From NCBI GenBank assembly GCA_041483195.1, contig JBGPFC010000004.1, positions 96,001-160,000 of the forward strand: 64,000 nucleotides of DNA. Reading direction: 5' to 3'. This document shows, in pieces, positions 57,707 to 64,000 of the stretch. A program made the translations under genes and the position numbers. The number at the start of each line of letters is the position of its first letter. Positions within the stretch are counted from its first letter, which is position 1. The notes beneath the pieces were generated by a model. It saw only the letters and a program-made list of their open reading frames with translations. It was not told where the DNA came from and ran no database searches. The DNA is from Candidatus Eiseniibacteriota bacterium. Its GTDB lineage: Bacteria; Eisenbacteria; RBG-16-71-46.

Positions 57707-58677
57707 GGGGCCGCCCGGCTCGCGGCATCGAGCGCCGCCGCGAAGCGCGCCGGATCGATGTTGCCGCCCGAGACGATCGCGGCCACGCGCGCCCCGCGCG
57801 GCAGGCTCACGCGACCGGCGATCAGCGCCGCGGTGGCGGCGGCGCCCGCGCCTTCGGCGCAGAGCTTCGCCCGGCTCGCGAGCCACAGCATCCCCGCCCG
57901 GATCTGCGCCTCGCTCACCGTGACGATCTGGTCGACGCACTCGCGCGCGATCGCGAGCGGAAGCGCTCCCACGAAGGGCGGCGTCATGCCGTCCGCGAGC
58001 GTGTCCGCGGGCCTCGCCACCGGGATCGGCTTTCCAGCCGCGAGCGCCGGCGCGAGGCCCGGACCCGCCTCGAGCTCGACCGCGATCACGCGCGCGGCCG
58101 GGCGAAGCTGCTTCACAGCGCTCGCGACGCCGCCCATGAGTCCGCCCCCTCCGACCGGAACGACGACCGCATCGACCCCGGGCAGATCTTCGACGATTTC
58201 GAGCCCGACCGTTCCCGCGCCGGCCAGCACCACCTCATCGTCGAACGGATGGACGAAGGTCGCGCCGGTCGCGGCGCGCACCGCTTCGAGCTTCTCGAAC
58301 AGCGTGGCGCGATCCGGGTGGAGGATCACCTCGGCGCCGTAGCCGCGCACCGCTTCGATCTTGGCGCGCGGCGCCGAATCCGGCATCACCACCGCGCACG
58401 GCACCCCCACCGCGCGCGCCGCCCACGCCACCGCCTGCGCGTGGTTGCCCGCCGAGACCGTGACCAGTCCGCGCGCGCGCTCCTCAGGGGTGAGCGTGAG
58501 CACGCGGTTCAGCGCGCCGCGCGCCTTGAACGAGCCCGTCTTCTGAAAGCTCTCGCACTTGAGCAACAGCTCCACCCCGGCGCGCGCGCCGATCGCGCGG
58601 CTCGAGAGCAGCGGCGTGCGATGCAGCTGGCCGCGGATGCGGGCGGCCGCCGAGCGAATCGCCTCCAGCTCGATCAT
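57703..58677 (-). CDS. PLP-dependent threonine/serine dehydratase (serine racemase-like, fold type II)
   Basis: KCESFQKTGSFKARG, SAGNHAQ, VHPFDD, PVGGGGL and SGGN; no ACT domain. Confidence 0.92.
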   Translation of the reverse strand: MIELEAIRSAAARIRGQLHRTPLLSSRAIGARAGVELLLKCESFQKTGSFKARGALNRVLTLTPEERARGLVTVSAGNHAQAVAWAARAVGVPCAVVMPDSAPRAKIEAVRGYGAEVILHPDRATLFEKLEAVRAATGATFVHPFDDEVVLAGAGTVGLEIVEDLPGVDAVVVPVGGGGLMGGVASAVKQLRPAARVIAVELEAGPGLAPALAAGKPIPVARPADTLADGMTPPFVGALPLAIARECVDQIVTVSEAQIRAGMLWLASRAKLCAEGAGAAATAALIAGRVSLPRGARVAAIVSGGNIDPARFAAALDAASRAAP

Positions 58678-58980
58678 GCGCGGGGAGGGCGAGCGCGCGG
58701 AGCGGCAGGGCCCGGACCCGGGCGCGGCGAGCGCATGGAACGATGGGCGGACATCGGGGCGGCGGGGCTCCTCGCGGTGGGGGTCTCGGCCATCTTAGCA
58801 TTCCCGCGGCGAGCGGGGCGCTGGCCGCCGCGCCGCTCGACCCGCGATCCGTCCCATCATTCCGGCCTCGACAGGCGCGCGCCGCCGATTCTACACTCGA
58901 CGCTTCGCATCCCTTCATCGCGCCGGCGCCCCGCAGCGGGCCGCCGGTGCCGCGCCGCTCCATCGACTCACGAGGCCGCC

Positions 58981-60042
58981 ATGTCACCGCCGCATTCGCT
59001 TCGATCTCGGGCGAGCGCCATCTCCGCGCTCGCGCTGATCTGCATGGCGCTCGCGCCGGTGCCCGCCGCGGCGACCGACCCTCAGCCCCCCACGCCGCAG
59101 GAGCAGCAGATCTTCCAGCAGAAGCTGGCCCGGTTGAAGTCTCACTCCAACCTGTACCCCGCGAACGGGGGAATCGCGAGCGTGCTGAACAGCCTGGACC
59201 ACATGGTCACCATCCCGCTGATCTGCGGCACCGGGGATCCGGTCACGCGCGTCGAGGTCCGCGTGAACACCACGTTGAAGAAGTGGGACGCCGCGCTGGT
59301 GAAGGCCCGGCTCGGGAGTGAAGGCAAGGTCGGCGCCTACCTCTGGAACTACGAGGTCACCGTGGTCGACGGGGTCAAGATCATCACTTGCGACAACTGG
59401 ATCATGCTCGACCCGGCCGTGAGCGGGCCGCAGGAGGGCAATCCGCCGATCGGGCCGATCGCCGACGAGACGCTTCTCTACCACGAACTGCTGCACGGGC
59501 AGCTGCTGCTCGACTCGGTGATGACGTCCGCGGCCTGGAAGCAGAACGTGTGCGCATGCAACGCCCCCGACCTCGCATCGAGCGACCCCGACCACGCCGT
59601 GATCGCGGGACTCGAGGAGGCGTTCATGACCGCGCTCGCGGGCGGCACCTCCGCCGTGCGCATGGTCCGTCCGCCCGCGCAGCCCGCGGACGGTGACGGC
59701 AAGTTCTCGATCGACCTGGGCGCGATCGAGAAGGAGAACCTCACGGTCACGCCGTACTATCCCGACGGCAGCAACGTGGATCCGGCAGACGTCACCGTCG
59801 AGCTGCCCGAGAACGGGCACGTCATCGTCAAGGGCAAGCTCACCGACAAGACGAAGCGCGGCTACATCCTGGTGCACGTCGATCCGCCGACCCTCTACGT
59901 CGTCGCGGGGATCGAGCAGGCGATCGTGATCCTTCCGACCTCGGTTGCCCCGGGGCTCGACGGATGGCGGCTCGGCCTGCTGGCTGCGCTGATCCTCGCG
60001 AGCGCGCTGGTGGTGGTGAGGCGCAGGGAGCGCCGGGGCTGA
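58981..60042 (+). CDS. Secreted, C-terminally anchored hypothetical protein with an HExxH motif
   Basis: Signal peptide; LLYHELLHG; ends in APGLDGW, a hydrophobic helix and RRRERR; high GC3 codon use in this frame. Confidence 0.7.
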   Translation: MSPPHSLRSRASAISALALICMALAPVPAAATDPQPPTPQEQQIFQQKLARLKSHSNLYPANGGIASVLNSLDHMVTIPLICGTGDPVTRVEVRVNTTLKKWDAALVKARLGSEGKVGAYLWNYEVTVVDGVKIITCDNWIMLDPAVSGPQEGNPPIGPIADETLLYHELLHGQLLLDSVMTSAAWKQNVCACNAPDLASSDPDHAVIAGLEEAFMTALAGGTSAVRMVRPPAQPADGDGKFSIDLGAIEKENLTVTPYYPDGSNVDPADVTVELPENGHVIVKGKLTDKTKRGYILVHVDPPTLYVVAGIEQAIVILPTSVAPGLDGWRLGLLAALILASALVVVRRRERRG

Positions 60043-60088
60043 TTCGGGTAGCGGGCGCGCGGCCCCGTGAGTCGCGGGGCCGGCGCGC

Positions 60089-61321
60089 TCACCCGATCGA
60101 GCGCGCCCGGGTCTCGGGCAGCAGCCACACCCACGCCCCGGCCGCGAGCGCGAAGCCCGCGGCCAGCGCCACCCCGCCGAGCAGCGAAGCGCCGCCCACC
60201 GCGACCACCAGCAACGGCGCCGCGAACTGGATTCCGCGCGCCACGTTCATGCAGATTCCGGACGCCGTGTTGCGCACCCGGGTCGGGAACAGCTCGGCGT
60301 AGAGCGGCCCGTAGTTCGACCAGGTGCCGGTGCCCACCCCCGCGATGAAGATGAACGCGAGGATGATCGCGGGCTGGCCGCGAATCGCGCCCTGGAACAC
60401 CGTGATCATGCCGAGCCCGATCGCCATCACCGCGCTGAAAGCGCTGAACGACCGCCGCCGCCCCCAGCGATCCGAGCTGAGACCGTAGAGCACGTAGCCC
60501 GCCAGCGACCCGGCGACGAACACCATCGTCCACGCGCCGGAGCGCTGGATCGTGAGGTGCCACTGCCGGCCCAGGTACTCGGGGAGCCACGAGGTGGTGA
60601 ACCAGTAGCTCGCCATGTTGAAGATCGTGAGCACGAACGCGATCGCGAAGGCGGCCCTCACGTCGGGCGCGAACAGCTCGCCGAGCGGCGCGCGATCGGG
60701 CCGCTCGCCCGCCGCGATTCGCGAGCGATGATCGAGCCATACCGGCGATTCCGGAACGAGCGAAAGCACGAACGGCGAGTACAGCGCGGGCGCCGCCGCG
60801 AGCAGGAAGCAGGCGCGCCATCCGATCGCGGGCGCGAGCTGCGTCGCGCAGAGCGTCGCGAGTCCGAGTCCGAGCGGGGCGCCGGTCTGCGCCAGCGCCC
60901 CGAACCGCCCGCGGGTTCCGGCCGGGACGCTCTCCGCGAGCAGCGTCTGGCCCGCCGCCCATTGCCCGCCGATGCCGAGCCCCGCGACCCCCGCCGCGAC
61001 CAGCATCACCGCGAGCGAATGCGCGAGCGCCGCCGCGATCGCGCCCGCCGCGTAGATCAGGATCGACACCAGCATCGCGGGCCGGCGTCCGGCGCGGTCC
61101 GCGAAGACTCCCAGCAGCAGCCCGCCCGCGCCGCTCGCCCCGAGTATCAGCGACTTGATGTGCTTCACCGCCTCGTCGTCGAGGCCGAGATCGACGCGAT
61201 AGAGCAGCGAGAGCTGGAAGAACGTGAGGAGCGCGAAGAACACCGCGAGCCAGCCGAGCCATGTGAAGAGCAGGACGCGGCGGTGCATGCGCGCGGTGTC
61301 GGCGGAGGCCTGATCGGGCAT
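60089..61321 (-). CDS. MFS transporter
   Basis: G.FADRAGRR and SDRWGRR motif A repeats, ELFPTRVR, about 12 TM helices. The ORF-track ATG (61390) coincides with the tRNA discriminator base, so 61321 is preferred. Confidence 0.9.
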   Translation of the reverse strand: MPDQASADTARMHRRVLLFTWLGWLAVFFALLTFFQLSLLYRVDLGLDDEAVKHIKSLILGASGAGGLLLGVFADRAGRRPAMLVSILIYAAGAIAAALAHSLAVMLVAAGVAGLGIGGQWAAGQTLLAESVPAGTRGRFGALAQTGAPLGLGLATLCATQLAPAIGWRACFLLAAAPALYSPFVLSLVPESPVWLDHRSRIAAGERPDRAPLGELFAPDVRAAFAIAFVLTIFNMASYWFTTSWLPEYLGRQWHLTIQRSGAWTMVFVAGSLAGYVLYGLSSDRWGRRRSFSAFSAVMAIGLGMITVFQGAIRGQPAIILAFIFIAGVGTGTWSNYGPLYAELFPTRVRNTASGICMNVARGIQFAAPLLVVAVGGASLLGGVALAAGFALAAGAWVWLLPETRARSIG

Positions 61322-61389
61322 CGTCGGGTGGCGACTCACGGTGGATCGGTCCCGCGGCGGGCGCGTCTCGCCTCCGCGATCGAACGTCA

Positions 61390-61473
61390 TGGGCTAGGTG
61401 GGATTCGAACCCACATGTCCGCGAGGACACGACATTTTAAGTGTCGCGCGTCTGCCAGTTCCGCCACTAGCCC
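61390..61473 (-). tRNA. tRNA-Leu (anticodon TAA), CCA not encoded
   Basis: Reverse complement GGGCTAGTGGCGGAACTGGCAGACGCGCGACACT-TAA-AATGTCGTGTCCTCGCGGACATGTGGGTTCGAATCCCACCTAGCCCA, with a long variable arm. Confidence 0.93.
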
Positions 61474-61554
61474 CTGTTCCGAGACACGAACGCCCGGCGT
61501 CCTCGTGCTTCGAGGACCCGGGCGCCGTTGCGCGCGGAGGAGTCGGACCGCGCG

Positions 61555-62811
61555 CTAGTGCCCGTGCCCTCCGCTCCGGGATAACACGTCGGCGACCACC
61601 ACCGACGGGTAGCGGCTCAGGAAACCCTGCACCACCCAGCCGAACAGGCCGAGAAATCCGATCGTCACGCCGATCTCCGGCAGGCCCAGCCACACCCGGT
61701 CGGGGTTGAGCGACGGCATCACCAGGATGTGCCGCTCCATCCACAGGCCGGAGAGGATGATCAGGCTGAACAGCGCGAGCCAGAACGGGCTCTTCTTGGT
61801 CGCCATGTTCATGAGCCCCAGGAAGGGGAGCAGGAAGACGAACGTGAACGCCGTGAAACCCAGCGCCCGCCACGGCTCCTCGAAGCGCAGGAACACCCAG
61901 CCGGTCTCCTCCGGCAGGTTGCCGTACCAGATGACGAGATACTGCGCCCAGAATTGATAGACCCAGAAGATGCTGAAGCCGAACGCGAGCTTTCCGATGT
62001 CCCAGAAATGGTCGCGCGTGATATAGGCCTCGAGGCGATAATGCCCGCGTAGGCGCGTGAGGAGAAACGCGACCATCGCGATGCCGGAAAGGAACGCGCC
62101 CATGAAGAACCACCAGCCGAACAGCGTGCTCGCCCACTCCGGCGTGAGCGACATGACGTAGTCCCAGCACATCACCGTGTACACGATCGCGTACAGCACG
62201 CAGATCAGCGGCGCGCGCTTGGCGAGGCGGTCGCGCTGCCACTCGACCTCCTCCGCGTCGCCGCGCCAGCCCTCGCACAGCTTCTCGTAGGCGGGCCGGA
62301 GCGTCGGATCGACGTGCGACTTGAGCAGGTAGGCGTCGGTGCGCAGCGAGACCCGCACCATGTCGCGCGACAGCCACCACAGCAGGCCGAGCCCGATCAG
62401 GGTGCGCGCGTAAAGGAACGGCACGTTAAGATACGCGGCCTGCCGCGGCTCGACGTATTTCGTCCACGGCAGATAGGTCCGGATCCCCATGACGAGCAGG
62501 ATCACCATGAGCCCGTAGCCGATCGGCAGGAAGGCCGAGAGCGATTCGGCCACCCGCACCACCGGCCCGGCCCAGCGGCCGTTCGCGAGCCGGATGCCGC
62601 ATGCCAGCACGATCGCGCCCTGCGCGATGCCCATCCAGTAGAGCGTGTTGATCGCGTAAGAGCCCCACGCCCGCTGCGGCTCGCGCACGAACAGGAACGC
62701 GAGGGAGGCCAGGCCGATCGCCATGCACAGCATCCACAGCTGGCGCCGCCGCGGATTGGGCGTGACCGGCAGCTTGCCGGCGATGTCCGCGAGGATCGCG
62801 TCGTGGCTCAT
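61555..62811 (-). CDS. actF: Alternative complex III subunit ActF-like membrane protein
   Basis: YLNVPFLYAR, DYVMSL.PEW.STLFG, HFWDIGKL.FGF and IWYGNLPEE; position after actD and actE. Start at ATG 62811. Confidence 0.8.
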   Translation of the reverse strand: MSHDAILADIAGKLPVTPNPRRRQLWMLCMAIGLASLAFLFVREPQRAWGSYAINTLYWMGIAQGAIVLACGIRLANGRWAGPVVRVAESLSAFLPIGYGLMVILLVMGIRTYLPWTKYVEPRQAAYLNVPFLYARTLIGLGLLWWLSRDMVRVSLRTDAYLLKSHVDPTLRPAYEKLCEGWRGDAEEVEWQRDRLAKRAPLICVLYAIVYTVMCWDYVMSLTPEWASTLFGWWFFMGAFLSGIAMVAFLLTRLRGHYRLEAYITRDHFWDIGKLAFGFSIFWVYQFWAQYLVIWYGNLPEETGWVFLRFEEPWRALGFTAFTFVFLLPFLGLMNMATKKSPFWLALFSLIILSGLWMERHILVMPSLNPDRVWLGLPEIGVTIGFLGLFGWVVQGFLSRYPSVVVADVLSRSGGHGH

Positions 62812-63359
62812 CGCGGGCTCGTCTTCTGCCGGTGGCGGATGAAGTTCACGATGTTCCACGCCTCCTCGGCGGTCACCTGCGCGCCGTAGGCCGGCATGAC
62901 CACCCCGCCGAAGCGGATGTACGAGTAGATGAATCCGTCCTTGCGATTGCGGGTCGCCTCCGCGAGCAGATCGGGCGGCGGCATGAAGAGCGGCGCGACC
63001 GGACCGTCGCCGGCGAGGGCCGTGCCGTGACATGGCACGCAGGTCTTGATGAACTTCTGCTCGCCACGCGCGATCGAGGAGTCGGAGGGCTCGACCGGGT
63101 TCACGCGGGATTGCCCGCGCTCGTACGGCGGGTCCTCGCCGGCCTGGTCGCGGCCGGTCACCGGCACGCTCGCATCGTCCGGCGCGCGCACCACGAGCTT
63201 CTGCGGCGGGATCGCGACCGAGGTGCGCATGTCGCGGATCGGGTAATAGCTCAGGTGAGTCGCCGAGCGGGTCGCGTCCCGGCAGCCCTGCTTCGCGTTG
63301 CCCACCGTGAACATCGTGAGCACGCCGAGCAGCACCACGCCCACGATCGCCTTAGGCAT
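62808..63359 (-). CDS. actE: Monoheme cytochrome c, ActE-like
   Basis: RDM motif, CVPCH heme motif, GDG.V and MPAYG. Confidence 0.82.
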   Translation of the reverse strand: MPKAIVGVVLLGVLTMFTVGNAKQGCRDATRSATHLSYYPIRDMRTSVAIPPQKLVVRAPDDASVPVTGRDQAGEDPPYERGQSRVNPVEPSDSSIARGEQKFIKTCVPCHGTALAGDGPVAPLFMPPPDLLAEATRNRKDGFIYSYIRFGGVVMPAYGAQVTAEEAWNIVNFIRHRQKTSPR

Positions 63360-63915
63360 GGACCGTCACCTCCTCGGCGCCGTGGCCACGCATCGTCTCC
63401 TGCGCCCGCAGCGCCTCCTCGCCGGAGCACGGGACCCAGATGCCGATCCGGTCCTGGCTGAACCTCGGATCGTACGGGGCCTTCGCCTTGAGCTGCGGCA
63501 GCCGCGCCAGCGCCAGCATGCCGAGCAGGTTGGCGATCGAGCCCAGCAGGATCATGGACTCGTAGCCGATCACGACGAACGGCGGCAGCGAGATCAGCTC
63601 CTTGCCGCCCACCACCAGCGGGTAGGAGAGCACCGAGTAGATGCACAGCGCGAAGCCTCCCGTGAGGCCGCACACCGCGCCGCCGAACGTCACCCATCGC
63701 ACCAGCGACGGACCCTTCTCGAGCGCCGATTCGATCGAATGATACGGCACCGGCGAGTACACGCTCAGCTGCCGATGCCCCTGCTGGCGGAGCGTGCGCA
63801 CCGCCTCCGTGGCGTCGTCCACGTAGTAGTAGATCCCCATCACGCCGTGGAACTTCTGCGGCGGGCCGGCGATGAGCCTTTCGACGGTGCGCTCGACGGT
63901 CTGCATCAGGCTCAC
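63352..63915 (-). CDS. actD: Alternative complex III subunit ActD (DUF3341)
   Basis: YSPVP, YPLVVGGK, two TM helices and YDPRFSQD. Confidence 0.85.
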   Translation of the reverse strand: MSLMQTVERTVERLIAGPPQKFHGVMGIYYYVDDATEAVRTLRQQGHRQLSVYSPVPYHSIESALEKGPSLVRWVTFGGAVCGLTGGFALCIYSVLSYPLVVGGKELISLPPFVVIGYESMILLGSIANLLGMLALARLPQLKAKAPYDPRFSQDRIGIWVPCSGEEALRAQETMRGHGAEEVTVHA

Positions 63916-64000
63916 GACTTCCTCCGCATCGGCGGCGCGAGCGTTTCCTTGATCTCGGCGACCGAGAACGCGGGCAGCAGCCGGACGAAGAGCAGGAAGT
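63912..64000 (-). CDS. actC: C-terminal fragment of ActC (NrfD-like subunit), truncated by the window edge
   Basis: Minus-strand frame reads FLLFVRLLPAFSVAEIKETLAPPMRRKS-stop; the stop overlaps the actD GTG. Confidence 0.65.
   Translation of the reverse strand, partial: FLLFVRLLPAFSVAEIKETLAPPMRRKS

Noticed and set aside
56690..58677. Calling the dehydratase/cyclodeaminase pair sbnA/sbnB or eutB/eutC
   Set aside because: The PLP enzyme has threonine dehydratase/serine racemase motifs (SAGNHAQ) rather than cysteine-synthase-like SbnA motifs, and no siderophore or ectoine genes are nearby. Kept only as an analogy.
61390..61473. Group I intron in tRNA-Leu(UAA), or an island integrated at its 3' end
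   Set aside because: The anticodon loop is uninterrupted, and I saw no duplicated tRNA 3' end or adjacent phage-type integrase.

Overview
A 64 kb, very GC-rich bacterial chromosomal window. A C25 peptidase with an FlgD-type C-terminal domain, a GWxTD protein and alternative complex III genes suggest an FCB-superphylum organism such as Ca. Eisenbacteria; this is inference from gene content only. Most content is housekeeping or transport: gltX with tRNA-Gln and tRNA-Glu, a UvrD-nuclease fusion, suhB, sucA-sucB-lpdA, two RND efflux loci, a DEAD-box helicase, tRNA-Leu(TAA) and the end of the ACIII operon. Four things stand out. (1) A radical SAM gene whose apparent TGA stop is very probably selenocysteine (C-U-A-E-P tail plus a SECIS-like hairpin). 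It ends a tightly coupled six-gene operon with a PLP dehydratase, a cyclodeaminase, a GT-C glycosyltransferase, an ATP-grasp ligase and NfuA. (2) A chromosomal integron with intI co-oriented with and upstream of attI and four cassettes. (3) An ArsR/SmtB-headed Fet-like metal transport operon with two gene fusions (FTR1-DUF2318 and ABC ATPase-DtxR-like domain) and no P19/FetP. (4) Three different candidate C-terminal sorting signals on secreted proteins. Several leaderless-type promoters and a probable CTG start codon are also visible. All family assignments come from motif recognition by eye; no searches were run.
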